Below, one piece after another: positions 22,220 to 35,712 of a DNA stretch of 64,000 nt; the stretch's first letter is position 1, and the number at the start of each line of letters is the position of its first letter. The position numbers were made by a program, and so were the translations under genes. Origin of the DNA: Firmicutes bacterium UBA3943 (GTDB lineage: Bacteria > Bacillota > UBA4882 > UBA10575 > UBA3943); contig DGDV01000021.1 of NCBI GenBank assembly GCA_002385625.1, forward strand, positions 5,474 through 69,473, given 5' to 3'. Below the pieces are notes generated by a model. It had not been told where the DNA came from and did not search any database. It worked only from the letters and a program-made list of their open reading frames with translations.

Positions 22220-22976
22220 TTTGGAGATTAGGGTCGGCGAGCATATCACCGGTCATTTGCTGGGCCTCCCGTTTCACTGGGATACCCTGATTCAATCCTG
22301 GGTCATTATGTTGGGATTGATTCTGGTCTCGCTATTTGTAACCAGGCGCCTCAATCAGGAAAGACCCCACGGACTCCAGAACATCCTGGAGACGATCATG
22401 GAGTTTCTCCGGGAGCAAATGGCGGAGAACGTGGGTCCTGCCGGTCGGGGAGCCTTTCCTTTTGTGTCCAGCTTGTTCCTGTTTATTCTTTTTTCCAATT
22501 TGATTGGGCTCTTTGGTGTTCCCGGCACCACCGAAATAATCAAATCACCCACGGAAGACCTGGGTTTTACCATTGCCATGGCCTTGCTGGTCTTCGGAAG
22601 CATGCTTTATTATGGTATAAAAGTCCAGGGACTAAAGAAGTATATCCTTAGTTTCTTTAAACCCAATTTTTTGTTCTTCCCCATTCACCTGATTGATCTG
22701 TTGGTTAAACCAGTGACCCTGGCCTTCCGCCTGTTTGGCAATATCTTTGCCGGGGCAGTTTTCCTGTTGATTCTCTTTAAACTCTTGCCTGCGGGCCCGC
22801 CCGTTATTGCACTGATCATTGGTATTTTTGTCGGGGTGATTCAAGCCTATCTCTTTATGATGCTGGCCATGGCCTACATCTCTTCAGCCATGGAGGACAG
22901 TATGGAGGACGAGGAGGCCCAAGAGAAACAAAACCCGCAAATCCCGCCGGCGTCAGAGGGGCCGGGGGTAAGATAA
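22212..22976 (+). CDS. atpB: F-ATP synthase subunit a
   Basis: P.GLQN..E, SPT.D, LAFRLFGNIFAG with essential Arg, IQAYLF. Confidence 0.95.
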   Translation: MVNLEIRVGEHITGHLLGLPFHWDTLIQSWVIMLGLILVSLFVTRRLNQERPHGLQNILETIMEFLREQMAENVGPAGRGAFPFVSSLFLFILFSNLIGLFGVPGTTEIIKSPTEDLGFTIAMALLVFGSMLYYGIKVQGLKKYILSFFKPNFLFFPIHLIDLLVKPVTLAFRLFGNIFAGAVFLLILFKLLPAGPPVIALIIGIFVGVIQAYLFMMLAMAYISSAMEDSMEDEEAQEKQNPQIPPASEGPGVR

Positions 22977-23019
22977 CCGGTGCTACCCAATGATTATCCG
23001 TAAAGGAGGAACTGTAAAG

Positions 23020-23280
23020 ATGTTAACAGGTAGAGAATTGATTTCGGTTGCATCCATATTGGCGGTGGGTGTCATCGTCAGTGTGACGGCATTGGCCGCC
23101 GGTTTCGGAAACTCCAAAGTGGCCTCCAAAGCTGTGGAGGGTATAGCCCGGCAACCGGAGGCGAAAAACTCCATCTTTACGACCATGCTGATCGGTGTGG
23201 GCTTGGTAGAGGCAACTCCCATTATTGCTCTGGTTGTGGCTTTGATTCTGCTCTATGCCAACCCCTTGTTGGCCCAATAA
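23020..23280 (+). CDS. atpE: F-ATP synthase subunit c (H+ type)
   Basis: ARQPE loop, GLVEATP; lacks the Q...ES/T Na+ signature. Confidence 0.95.
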   Translation: MLTGRELISVASILAVGVIVSVTALAAGFGNSKVASKAVEGIARQPEAKNSIFTTMLIGVGLVEATPIIALVVALILLYANPLLAQ

Positions 23281-23294
23281 AGGAGTGAAGCCCG

Positions 23295-23807
23295 GTGCAA
23301 GTCAATTTATTGGATATTGTCTTTGCCCTTTTAAATTTCCTGATTCTTCTGGGCATCTTGCAACTTGTTCTGTATAAGCCGGTGGTCCGGTTATTGAATG
23401 AACGGGAAGAACGTGTAAAGCGGCAGAACCAGGAGCTTGAAGCAAACCGGCAGAAATTGGCAGCCCTCGAAGAGGAGCTGGAACGGAAGCAGACAGAGTT
23501 GGCGGCCCAGGTTCGCCAGATCCTTGATGATGCCCGGCACCAAGGCCAAAAGACGAAGGAGGAGATTTTGGCCCAGGCCCGGGAGGAAGCCCGGCACATC
23601 CTGTCCCGCGCCGAAGCGGAGGTGCAGCGGGAACGGTTGCGCGCTTGGGAGGAACTCTGGGGTGAGATGGTCAATTTGGTGATTTCGGCCGCCACACGAA
23701 TTGTTGGGGAAGATTTCAACGATGACAAGCATAGGAGACGGATAGAAGAGTTTATCAGTAGTTTGGATCTGCGTCAGATTGGGGAATTGACCAATGAAAA
23801 CGGATAA
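23295..23807 (+). CDS. atpF: F-ATP synthase subunit b
   Basis: NF.IL...L...LYKP TM followed by charged coiled coil. Confidence 0.93.
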   Translation: MQVNLLDIVFALLNFLILLGILQLVLYKPVVRLLNEREERVKRQNQELEANRQKLAALEEELERKQTELAAQVRQILDDARHQGQKTKEEILAQAREEARHILSRAEAEVQRERLRAWEELWGEMVNLVISAATRIVGEDFNDDKHRRRIEEFISSLDLRQIGELTNENG

Positions 23808-25626
23808 ACAAAATGAGAATGTGCAGGCGTACAAGGAGGTTTTATCCCCGGAACGTAGGCGCAGTCTAGCCCTTACTGCCGTTACTGCGGTGGCTCTGGA
23901 AGAAGATGAAGAGGAGATGCTCCGCAACCAACTGGGGAAGGTGTTGGGCAAGCGTCCACGGGTAACCTTTGAAACCAGTTCCCGTCTGATTGCGGGGATG
24001 ATCCTCCGGACCAGGGACCGGGCGCTAGATGGTAGTGTTGGCCGGCAATTGCGCCGCTTGCGTCGCATTCTTCTGGAACATGACCTTCAGCTGGAAACGA
24101 GGCCGGAGATAACCGCTGAGGGGCTGCTGGCGGAGATGCGAAAGATCATTGAAGAATATCAGCCGCAGATGCTCATTGATGATGTGGGCACCGTCGAGGA
24201 ATTTGGTGACGGTGTGGCCCGCATTTCCGGTTTGCACGAGGCCCGCGTCGGTGAGTTGGTGAAATTTCAGAACGGTTCCTTCGGCATGGTGCTGAACCTG
24301 GAGGATAACTATGTCGGGGCCATTGTTTTTGGTGAAGGCTTGGATATTCACTCCGGCGATGCCGTGCGTTTGCTGGGACATATTATTGATGTTCCCGTGG
24401 GTGACGAGATGTTGGGCCGGGTGGTCAATGCCGTGGGTGAACCCATCGACGGGATGGGGCCCATCCATGCCACCAGGCGGCGCCCGTTGGAGTCACCGGC
24501 GCCCGGTATAGCCCAACGGATTCCCGTTAATACCCCGTTACAGACCGGTATTAAAGCCATTGATGCCATGATCCCCATTGGCCGTGGCCAACGGGAGTTG
24601 ATTATCGGCGACCGGCAGACCGGGAAGACGGCTTTGGCGATTGATACCATCCTGAATCAGAAGGATACCGGAGTCATCTGTGTCTATGTGGCGATTGGCC
24701 AGAAAAACTCCACCGTGGCTCAAGTGGTGGAGAAACTGCGGGAGTTTGGCGCCATGGACTACACCGTGGTGGTGGTGGCTTCGGCCAGCGAGTCGGCGCC
24801 CATGCAGTATCTGGCGCCTTACAGCGGTTGCGCCATTGCGGAAGACTTTATGTACCGGGGGAAAGATGTCCTGATCGTCTATGATGATCTGTCAAAACAT
24901 GCCGTGGCCTACCGTAGCATGTCCTTGTTGTTGCGACGACCGCCCGGGCGGGAAGCTTACCCCGGGGATATCTTCTATCTTCATGCCCGGTTGCTGGAGC
25001 GGGCGGCACGGCTGGCGCCGGAACTAGGCGGGGGGTCGCTAACGGCCTTGCCCATTGTGGAAACTTTGGCCGGGGATCTGTCGGCTTATATTCCCACGAA
25101 TATCATCTCCATTACTGACGGCCAGATCTTTTTGGAGGCCGACCTGTTCCATGCCGGGATCCGCCCTGCGATTAACGTGGGGCTTTCGGTTTCGCGGGTG
25201 GGCGGGGACGCTCAGATCACTGCCATGAAAAAACTGGCCCGGCCCCTCCGGCTGGAGCTGGCCCAATACCGGGAACTGGCGTCTTTTGCCCAATTTGGTG
25301 CGGAACTGGATAAAGCTACTAAGCAGCAACTGGCCAAGGGGGAACGGATCATGGCCGTGTTAAAACAGCCCCGTTATGCACCTCTGCCTGTTGAAGAACA
25401 GGTTGTGCTCATCTATGCCTTAGTAAATGGTTATTTTCATGATCTGCAGGTTGAGCAGATCCCTGCGTTTGAAGAGGATTTGTTGACTCATCTCAAACAG
25501 ACCCATGGCAATTTGCTGCAAACCATTAAGAACACCGGTAACATTGAAGGTATTGAGACGGAACTGGCTCAGGCAATTAACGAGGCCAGGCGATTATGGC
25601 TGGGCCAGCAAAAAGCTGTGGAATGA
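23794..25626 (+). CDS. atpA: Fusion of delta C-terminal domain to F-ATP synthase alpha
   Basis: aa ~21-94 match delta CTD ([21 protein letters not shown]); alpha from aa ~100 ([18 protein letters not shown]); no separate atpH. Confidence 0.93.
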   Translation: MKTDKQNENVQAYKEVLSPERRRSLALTAVTAVALEEDEEEMLRNQLGKVLGKRPRVTFETSSRLIAGMILRTRDRALDGSVGRQLRRLRRILLEHDLQLETRPEITAEGLLAEMRKIIEEYQPQMLIDDVGTVEEFGDGVARISGLHEARVGELVKFQNGSFGMVLNLEDNYVGAIVFGEGLDIHSGDAVRLLGHIIDVPVGDEMLGRVVNAVGEPIDGMGPIHATRRRPLESPAPGIAQRIPVNTPLQTGIKAIDAMIPIGRGQRELIIGDRQTGKTALAIDTILNQKDTGVICVYVAIGQKNSTVAQVVEKLREFGAMDYTVVVVASASESAPMQYLAPYSGCAIAEDFMYRGKDVLIVYDDLSKHAVAYRSMSLLLRRPPGREAYPGDIFYLHARLLERAARLAPELGGGSLTALPIVETLAGDLSAYIPTNIISITDGQIFLEADLFHAGIRPAINVGLSVSRVGGDAQITAMKKLARPLRLELAQYRELASFAQFGAELDKATKQQLAKGERIMAVLKQPRYAPLPVEEQVVLIYALVNGYFHDLQVEQIPAFEEDLLTHLKQTHGNLLQTIKNTGNIEGIETELAQAINEARRLWLGQQKAVE

Positions 25627-25780
25627 GGATTTTCTGATCGGAAGGGTTGGTTGAAACCCGGCAAAGAATCAATAATGGGTTACGGGATGGGGCAAGCCGG
25701 GTAAAAAACGGTTATGTTTCAGTGAATTTCCCCGGAGTTCTGGAATGTTATGAAAGGGAAACAGGAGGAAGAGCGTTGGG

Positions 25781-26659
25781 ATGCAGGGAGTATTAGAGAT
25801 ACGCCGCCGGATCCGGAGCGTGCGGGAGATCCACCATATTACCCGAGCGATGAAGATGGTGGCTGCCACCAAGATCAAATATGCCCGGGAGAGGGTGGAA
25901 GCCTCCCGGCCTTTTGCCCGCAAGATCAATGAGGTGTTATTAGACATCTACCATTTGGCCGGCAGGGTGTCGGGCGCCGGTAAGCTCCATCCCTTGATGG
26001 AAACCCGGCCGCCTCGAAAAGTGGCGCTGATTGTCATTACCTCCGATCGGGGCCTGGCCGGGGCCTATAACAGTAATATTCTCCGTTATACCATGGCCCA
26101 CATTCGTAACAGGGCGGATCATCCGGAGTTCGGGATTATAGCTGTCGGGCGCAAGGGACGGGACTATTTTCGCCGTCTTAATCGGCAATTATTGGGAGAA
26201 TTCATCGATGCGCCGGAGATGGCGAGTTTTGCCCGGGCGCGGGAGATTGCGGCCCATGTGATTCCGATGTTTTTGCGGAAAGAAATCGATGAAGTCGATA
26301 TTATATACTCCCGTTTTTATTCCGCCCATAAACAGCGGCCCCGGCTCTTTCGTCTGCTACCCATTGTTCCCGTGGAGCCGGCAGAGCTGCAACCTCTCCG
26401 CGCGGCTTGGGTCTTTGAACCGTCACCCCAGGATATCTTGGAACATCTCATTCCCCGTTATATTGAAGCGGAGATCTACCGGTCGCTGTTGGAAGCGGCT
26501 GCGGGCGAGCAGGGGGCGCGGATGACCAGTATGGGTGCAGCCACTGACAACGCCGAGAAGATCCTGAAGGAGTTAACGCTACAGTACAACCATTCCCGCC
26601 AGTCGCTGATTACGCGGGAACTGACAGAGTTGATGGGCGGAGTGGAGGCCCAGCGTTAG
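25781..26659 (+). CDS. atpG: F-ATP synthase gamma
   Basis: ITRAMKMVAA, SDRGLAG, ARMTSM..ATDNA, RQSLITREL. Confidence 0.96.
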   Translation: MQGVLEIRRRIRSVREIHHITRAMKMVAATKIKYARERVEASRPFARKINEVLLDIYHLAGRVSGAGKLHPLMETRPPRKVALIVITSDRGLAGAYNSNILRYTMAHIRNRADHPEFGIIAVGRKGRDYFRRLNRQLLGEFIDAPEMASFARAREIAAHVIPMFLRKEIDEVDIIYSRFYSAHKQRPRLFRLLPIVPVEPAELQPLRAAWVFEPSPQDILEHLIPRYIEAEIYRSLLEAAAGEQGARMTSMGAATDNAEKILKELTLQYNHSRQSLITRELTELMGGVEAQR

Positions 26660-28174
<1,515 letters not shown>

Positions 28175-28180
28175 ACGGAG

Positions 28181-28606
28181 ATGGGTGAGAAGATTCAGTT
28201 GGATGTGGTGACCCCCCAGCGGGTTGAGTTTAGTCGGCCGGTGGATATGGTGGTTGCCCCGGGCGTCAATGGGCAGTTTGGCATCCTGCACGGGCATATC
28301 CCTTTGGTGACCCGGTTAGAGGTGGGGATCTTGAAGATCTTCGACAACGACGAGGTTTACCGGATGGCGGTCAGCGATGGGTATTTGGAGGTAACTCCGG
28401 AGAAGGTTGTGGTCCTGGCGGAGGCGGCGGAACTGCCGGAGGAGATCGATGTGGAGCGGGCCCTGGCGGCGAAACGCCGCGCGGAAGAGCGCCTGGCCGG
28501 TTTAACCCGCAGCGACATTGATTTTGTGCGGACGCAAGCCTCACTTCAACGGGCTTTGAACCGCTTGCGCCTGGTGGAAGAGGCAAAGCGCCACGGGGAT
28601 AAATAA
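28181..28606 (+). CDS. atpC: F-ATP synthase epsilon
   Basis: VVTP, GQFGILHGHIP, IDVERA, LQRALNRL. Confidence 0.96.
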   Translation: MGEKIQLDVVTPQRVEFSRPVDMVVAPGVNGQFGILHGHIPLVTRLEVGILKIFDNDEVYRMAVSDGYLEVTPEKVVVLAEAAELPEEIDVERALAAKRRAEERLAGLTRSDIDFVRTQASLQRALNRLRLVEEAKRHGDK

Positions 28607-28778
28607 ATTAAAAAATATTTAATCCCCGATTACGAAATGATTAAGGTCGATTATTTCCCTTCCGTCCAGGAAGGTTTTTTCTGTTTTCAAGAGAAAATAT
28701 ACTGAACAGCCATATTGTATAAAACGGATTAGTCTGAGGCGGTAAAGCTGCTGCCTTAAACATAAATGGGGAATAGCG

Positions 28779-29819
28779 ATGGAAACAGTAATTTACCGGC
28801 TGCCGGATCCCCGGGAGGATACGTGGCTGGAGCATGCGGCAGAGACTTTGCAACGCGGCGGGTTGGTGGCCTTCCCCACGGAGACTGTTTACGGATTAGG
28901 GGCTGCCATGAGCCATCCGCCGGCCATCCGCCAGGTTTTTACGGTTAAAGTGCGGCCCAATGATAACCCCCTCATCCTCCATATTTATGAACTGGGCCAA
29001 TTGGCGGAAATAGCCAGGGAGATTCCTCCGGTGGCCTACCGTTTGGCGGAGCGTTTTTGGCCGGGGCCGTTGACGCTGGTTCTGCCGGCCCGGCCGGAGG
29101 TGCCGGCGGAGGTTACGGCGGGTTTACCAACTGTGGCCGTGCGCATGCCAAGCCACCCTGTAGCATTGGCTTTACTGCGGAAAACAGGCATTCCGGTGGC
29201 AGCGCCCAGCGCCAATCTTTCCGGCCGGCCCAGCCCCACCACAGGTGATGCTGTGGTCGAGGATCTTTTTGGTGCCATTGACGTGATCATTGATGCGGGG
29301 CCAACCGGTGTCGGTCTGGAGTCCACCGTGCTGGATTTAACCGGTGACCGCCCCCGGGTATTGCGCCCCGGCGGGGTCACCCCGGAAATGCTAGCAGAGG
29401 TCTTTGGCCCGGGGATTGTCGAAGCACCTTGGCGGGTGGAAGCCCAGCGGCCTGCGGCACCGGGCATGAAGTACCGTCATTATGCACCAAAGGCGCCGAT
29501 GAAAGTCTTTGCCGGACCGGTAGAGAAGGTTAGAGAAGCCATCAACGGCTGTCTCCGGATGGATTTGCCCCAAGGGAAAAAGGTGGCTGTGTTAGGGTTT
29601 GAAGACAGCCGGGACCGGTACCCGGGGGCGATCTTTAAGTCCTTGGGGGAGCGGGAGCACCCGGAGGCCGCTGCCCATCGCCTTTTTATGTTGCTTAGGA
29701 CGTGTGACCGGGAGCATGTGGACCAAATCTATGGTGAACTTCCAACCACCCAAGGGGTGGGACTGGCGGTGGTTAACCGCTTGTGGAAGGCCGCCGGAGG
29801 GGATTTGATCGAGTTATGA
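28779..29819 (+). CDS. tsaC: Threonylcarbamoyl-AMP synthase (Sua5/TsaC2)
   Basis: FPTETVYGLGA, APSAN.SG.PSPT, PGMKYRHYAP. Confidence 0.95.
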   Translation: METVIYRLPDPREDTWLEHAAETLQRGGLVAFPTETVYGLGAAMSHPPAIRQVFTVKVRPNDNPLILHIYELGQLAEIAREIPPVAYRLAERFWPGPLTLVLPARPEVPAEVTAGLPTVAVRMPSHPVALALLRKTGIPVAAPSANLSGRPSPTTGDAVVEDLFGAIDVIIDAGPTGVGLESTVLDLTGDRPRVLRPGGVTPEMLAEVFGPGIVEAPWRVEAQRPAAPGMKYRHYAPKAPMKVFAGPVEKVREAINGCLRMDLPQGKKVAVLGFEDSRDRYPGAIFKSLGEREHPEAAAHRLFMLLRTCDREHVDQIYGELPTTQGVGLAVVNRLWKAAGGDLIEL

Positions 29820-30598
29820 AGAGAAAGTTTTTCCGCATTTTTACAGCAACCGTGTTGCTGATATTATTGGGTGGGAACCTGGCGGGGACCGCCACCGCGG
29901 AAGGCGGCTCCCTGCATGATCCTTTGACTGTTGGGGAGCGCTTGACCTATAAGGTTTATTTTGCGGGCATTGCCGCCGGTACCCAGACCATTGAGGTGAA
30001 GGAGAAGTTTAATTACCAGGGATACCAGGTCTACCGCATCAAAACCGCCACCCAATCCAGCGGTGTGGCAAAGTTGCTTTATAAATACGATGAAGAGGGT
30101 GAGTTCCTGCTTGCCGCTGAGGGCTTTTATCCCCTATATTCAAGGCGGCATGTGCTGGATAAGGGTAAAGATTATAAAGAAGAAACCTACTTTCAGCTTG
30201 AACGCAAGCAAGCGGTCTGGGAGCGTGTTTACAAAGACGGCCAGCAGAGACAGGAGCTTTTCTCCATGCCCAAGCCGGCTCAGGATGGGATGTCCATCAC
30301 TTTTTATTTTCGCTCCCGCCCCTGGGAACGGGGGGCTAAGGAGTTTCTTCTCCTGACCAACCGGGGAATCAAGGGTATTGGCTATGCGATTGATAATGAA
30401 CCCAACTTCAAGAGTGCCCTGGGGGTCTTTGCTGCAACCCGTATTTCCTATGAGGAGCAAAAGGATGGCGAGCAACATAAATATACCATCTGGTATACCA
30501 AAGACCGGCAGGCATTGCCCCTGCGCATTTTGGTCAAAAAGAATGTTACCATGGACGCGCGGTTGGTCCGGGTGGAAAAGGCCAATGTTAAGCAGTGA
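29816..30598 (+). CDS. Exported protein, DUF3108-like
   Basis: Signal peptide; GERLTYKV, AG...I, QD.MS..FYFR, IWYT.D...LP pattern. Confidence 0.6.
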   Translation: MKRKFFRIFTATVLLILLGGNLAGTATAEGGSLHDPLTVGERLTYKVYFAGIAAGTQTIEVKEKFNYQGYQVYRIKTATQSSGVAKLLYKYDEEGEFLLAAEGFYPLYSRRHVLDKGKDYKEETYFQLERKQAVWERVYKDGQQRQELFSMPKPAQDGMSITFYFRSRPWERGAKEFLLLTNRGIKGIGYAIDNEPNFKSALGVFAATRISYEEQKDGEQHKYTIWYTKDRQALPLRILVKKNVTMDARLVRVEKANVKQ

Positions 30599-30624
30599 AC
30601 CGTTACCAGTCGGGCAGGAGGAAG

Positions 30625-31338
30625 ATGATGATTCGCAAGATTCTCTTTGTTTGCACGGGTAATACCTGTCGGAGCAGCATGGCTGAGGCCTTGCTCCGGA
30701 AGATGCTCCGGGAAGATTTAGGTGAAGCCGCCAATCAGATTCAGATTCTGTCGGCCGGTACGGGGGCAGTGGAAGGGGAAGGCGCTTCCCGCAATGCCGT
30801 TGCTGTGATGAAAGCGGAGGGCATTGACCTTTCCTTACACCGGGCCCGGCGTCTGCGGCGCGAAGAGATTCTCAAAGCCGATCTGATTTTAACCATGACC
30901 ATGGGTCAAAAGGAAGAGGTTTGCAAACTGGCGCCCGAGGCCCGGGATAAGGTCTATACCCTGCGGGAGTTTGCCGAGGGCGTGCGGGAAGCGGAGGATG
31001 TCTGGCGAGAAGCCGATCGGCTACGGCAGTTATTGGAGGAAAAACGCCGGCGTTTTCTTGATCGGGAGGGCCCAAAATTGGAGGAGTTACGGGAACGCTA
31101 TAATGAGTTGAACCGGCAAAAGAGGGCCCTGGAGGAGGAGTTGCGCCAGATCGAGCAACGAATGGCCCAGGAGGTTGCTGAGGAGCAGAAACAGTTGGAA
31201 GAGGTTTATAATAAGATCCGCCGGATGGAGATACCTGATCCCTTTGGTCAAGGGATCGAATCTTATCAACAATGTGCCAGGGAGATTAAGGAAAGCCTGG
31301 CGAAGGTGGTGGATTCGATTAAAAAATCCATGGGATAG
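30625..31338 (+). CDS. ywlE: Low-MW protein arginine phosphatase with coiled-coil insertion
   Basis: FVCTGNTCRS P-loop, LILTMT, IPDPFG; sua5-ywlE-rpiB-upp synteny. Confidence 0.85.
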   Translation: MMIRKILFVCTGNTCRSSMAEALLRKMLREDLGEAANQIQILSAGTGAVEGEGASRNAVAVMKAEGIDLSLHRARRLRREEILKADLILTMTMGQKEEVCKLAPEARDKVYTLREFAEGVREAEDVWREADRLRQLLEEKRRRFLDREGPKLEELRERYNELNRQKRALEEELRQIEQRMAQEVAEEQKQLEEVYNKIRRMEIPDPFGQGIESYQQCAREIKESLAKVVDSIKKSMG

Positions 31339-31383
31339 CAGAACACCAAAGACAGGAGAACAGGAGAAGGGATAAGATAAGAG

Positions 31384-32476
<1,093 letters not shown>

Positions 32477-32494
32477 TAAACCTGCTCAGGGAGT

Positions 32495-32524
32495 AATGAG
32501 GCAATGTTAATCTTGCCTCATTTT
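32495..32524 (+). terminator. Terminator after upp
   Basis: AATGAGGCAA-N8-TTGCCTCATTTT. Confidence 0.7.
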
Positions 32525-32783
32525 CTGTTATTACCTTCTTCTGCTTTGGCAGGTAGGATCAATTTTTTGTTTTTATTGTCATGGAGCAGGATAGGGCGGC
32601 GTAAGATTCGTTATCATCAATTCATTTGCAGACAGGATTAGAGAAAAAGGTTACTTAAATGCTAATTTGATTTGGTTTGCTTGCAGGGAATAGCAACATT
32701 TTCACGAAGGAAATAAGGAATAAAATGGATTGCCCCATCTTAAGGAGCAGTAGAATTACAAGCATCAGAAGGGGGAGAAAAGA

Positions 32784-34889
32784 ATGCTTGAAACAGCTTT
32801 TGTTGAACACCTGTTCTATCTGGTCCCGGCCGGTTCCTTGTTTGCTTTGGTCTATGCATTGTTCCTGTTTCTTTCGGTAAAGAAGATGGATGAAGGATCC
32901 CGGCAGATGCAGGAAATTGCCCAGGCGATCCGGACGGGTACCCGGGCCTATTTGGGGCGACAGTATAAAGGGGTCGGCATCTTCTTTGCCATCCTCTTTA
33001 TCATCTTGCTTATCCTGTCCTTCCAGGGACTGGTGCCCACACCGGTGCCCTTTGCTTTTCTGACAGGCGGTCTCTTCTCCGGGCTGGCCGGCTTTATCGG
33101 GATGACCAATGCCACCATGGCCAATGTCAGGACTGCCAATGCAGCCCGGAAAAGTTTGAACCTGGGGCTGCGCGCCGCTTTTAACAGTGGCGCCGTTATG
33201 GGCCTGACTGTGGTTGGCTTGGGCTTATTGGATTTGAGTATTTGGTACTTTTTATTAAAAGGATTGGGGTACTCCATCGAACAAATTACCAGCACCATGC
33301 TGAACTTTGGCATGGGTGCCTCATCCATGGCCTTGTTTGCCCGGGTGGGTGGCGGTATCTTCACCAAAGCTGCTGATGTTGGCGCTGACTTGGTGGGGAA
33401 AGTAGAAGTGGGAATCCCGGAGGATGATCCCAGGAATCCGGCGGTGATCGCTGATAACGTGGGGGATAACGTGGGTGACGTGGCCGGCATGGGGGCTGAC
33501 CTCTATGAATCTTATGTCGGGTCTATTGTTGCCACATCGGCTCTGGCCATTACCGCCTTTAACCAAGCCGGTTTGCAGTTCCAAGGAGTGCTGGTCCCGT
33601 TGATCATTGCTGCAGTCGGGGTTTTGGCCTCAATCATTGGGACTTGGTTTGTCCGCTCCGATGAACGGGTGGAACAGGCGGTGTTGTTAAAGGCTCTGCG
33701 TCGAGGGGTCAATATCAGCGCTGTTTTAATTGCGGTGTTGGCCTTTATGATCATCAAATATGTCTTAGGCCCGAACTATCTGGGGGTGTACGGAGCCATC
33801 CTGACCGGTCTGATTGCCGGGGTGGTTATCGGATTACTGACGGAATTCTTCACCTCTGCAAATTACAAACCCACCAGGAATGTGGCTGAGCAGGCCACCA
33901 CTGGTGCGGCTACGGTGATCATCAGCGGACTTTCCGTGGGCATGCTCTCCACGGTCTTGCCCGTGGTGGTGGTTGCCGTTGCCATCTTTGCCAGTTTCGC
34001 CTTGGCCGGAGGACTCCAAAACTTCAATATGGGTCTTTATGGGATTGCCATCTCCGCTGTGGGCATGCTTTCGACCTTGGGGATTACCCTGGCTACTGAT
34101 GCCTATGGTCCGGTGGCTGATAATGCGGGCGGGATTGCCGAGATGGCCGACCTGCCCGAGGAGGTCCGAGAACGGACCGATGCCCTGGACTCCCTGGGGA
34201 ACACGACAGCAGCGACGGGGAAAGGGTTTGCCATCGGTTCGGCTGCTTTGACCGCCCTGGCGTTGATCGCCGCCTATGTGGAGCAGGTGCAGGTGATCAA
34301 ACCAGATTTTCAATTTAACTTGTCCATTACCAACCCGCCGGTCTTGATCGGCTTATTCGTCGGCGGGATGCTTCCTTTCCTGTTCAGTGCCATGGCCATG
34401 CAGGCCGTGGGACGGGCCGCCCAGAAGATCGTCCTGGAAGTGCGGCGGCAGTTTAAAGAGATCGCCGGTCTGTTGGAGGGGACCGCGAAACCCGATTATG
34501 CAACCTGTGTGGATATTTGTACCCGCGCGGCGCAGAAAGAGATGATCCTTCCCGCCCTCTCCGCCATCATTGTCCCAATTATCATCGGTTTGTTACTGGG
34601 TGTGAATGCGGTGGCTGGCCTGTTGGCCGGCTCAACGGTCTGTGGTTTTATGCTGGCGGTGATGATGGCCAACAGCGGTGGCGCGTGGGACAACGCCAAA
34701 AAGTATATTGAGGAAGGAAACCACGGCGGTAAGGGCTCAGAGGCCCATAAAGCCGCGGTGGTCGGAGATACGGTGGGGGATCCCTTCAAGGATACGGCCG
34801 GCCCGTCGTTGAACATCCTCATTAAGCTAACCTCCATGGTGTCTGTGGTCTTTGCCGGTTTTATCCTGGCCTTTTCCTTGATTAAATGA
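32784..34889 (+). CDS. hppA: Membrane pyrophosphatase, K+-dependent, probably Na+,H+ dual-transporting
   Basis: [41 protein letters not shown]. Confidence 0.95.
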   Translation: MLETAFVEHLFYLVPAGSLFALVYALFLFLSVKKMDEGSRQMQEIAQAIRTGTRAYLGRQYKGVGIFFAILFIILLILSFQGLVPTPVPFAFLTGGLFSGLAGFIGMTNATMANVRTANAARKSLNLGLRAAFNSGAVMGLTVVGLGLLDLSIWYFLLKGLGYSIEQITSTMLNFGMGASSMALFARVGGGIFTKAADVGADLVGKVEVGIPEDDPRNPAVIADNVGDNVGDVAGMGADLYESYVGSIVATSALAITAFNQAGLQFQGVLVPLIIAAVGVLASIIGTWFVRSDERVEQAVLLKALRRGVNISAVLIAVLAFMIIKYVLGPNYLGVYGAILTGLIAGVVIGLLTEFFTSANYKPTRNVAEQATTGAATVIISGLSVGMLSTVLPVVVVAVAIFASFALAGGLQNFNMGLYGIAISAVGMLSTLGITLATDAYGPVADNAGGIAEMADLPEEVRERTDALDSLGNTTAATGKGFAIGSAALTALALIAAYVEQVQVIKPDFQFNLSITNPPVLIGLFVGGMLPFLFSAMAMQAVGRAAQKIVLEVRRQFKEIAGLLEGTAKPDYATCVDICTRAAQKEMILPALSAIIVPIIIGLLLGVNAVAGLLAGSTVCGFMLAVMMANSGGAWDNAKKYIEEGNHGGKGSEAHKAAVVGDTVGDPFKDTAGPSLNILIKLTSMVSVVFAGFILAFSLIK

Positions 34890-34911
34890 TAATGACCGCC
34901 AAGTGTCAGCT

Positions 34912-34941
34912 AAGAGCCCCAAGCCAATGGGGCTCTTTTTT
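34912..34941 (+). terminator. Terminator after hppA
   Basis: AAGAGCCCCA...TGGGGCTCTT-TTTT. Confidence 0.85.
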
Positions 34942-35247
34942 ATAATATTTCGTTAGGCTGCCGCATATATAGATCCGTGCCATTGTTTTTTATTTTGCCC
35001 GCGGGTGTAATGGTGAAGGGGTAAAAGAGGCTCCGAAAAAAATTTATCCAGGTGGATAACCCGTCAACCGGGGGAATTTGCTGTTATTTCCAGCCGTTCC
35101 AGGGACCATTCCGGTGTTGTTTGTGCATATGCTGGGCAATGATGACCGGGTTATGCCACTTTGAAAGAGGGTGATCTGCTCCCATCGTGAGATCTTTGTT
35201 GTTCAATCATTGAAAGGGCATATTGCTGATGCCAAGGAGGAGAGGCA

Positions 35248-35712
35248 ATGGGAAACCAACAAAATGCTGTGGTCTGTCTGCTCCAGGACAGAAAGAATTT
35301 GCACCTGTATTGGGACCTGAGTCCGGAGAGATTAAACACGCTTGAGCATTTCATGACCCACGTCCGCCCCGGGCTGAAATTTTGCCTCCGGTTAATTGGG
35401 GTTAATCCCGAAAATAACGACCGTTGGATTGAACGGGAAGTTTTTCTTGAAGATTTCTCCGCCTTGGGTAACTGGTATTTTCGGGGGGTAAATCCTGATC
35501 TCGACTATCTGGTGGAATTTGGCGGTAAGGGTGAGGACGGCTCCTTTGTCTTATTCTCACGAACGCCGGTCATTAATTTACAGGCCCCGTCATGGAGGTA
35601 CAAAGCCACTGTTTCGACAGATATCACCCAAGCGAAGGGAGATTGGCTTCGTTTCCTGGAAAACCAGGGTTCTTCCGCGGTTTATAACGGGGTGGAAAGG
35701 AGCGATCAATGA
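35248..35712 (+). CDS. DUF4912-like protein
   Basis: L.QD...L.LYWD, LRL, NWYF, Y.VEFG pattern; overlaps the GH57 gene start. Confidence 0.7.
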   Translation: MGNQQNAVVCLLQDRKNLHLYWDLSPERLNTLEHFMTHVRPGLKFCLRLIGVNPENNDRWIEREVFLEDFSALGNWYFRGVNPDLDYLVEFGGKGEDGSFVLFSRTPVINLQAPSWRYKATVSTDITQAKGDWLRFLENQGSSAVYNGVERSDQ

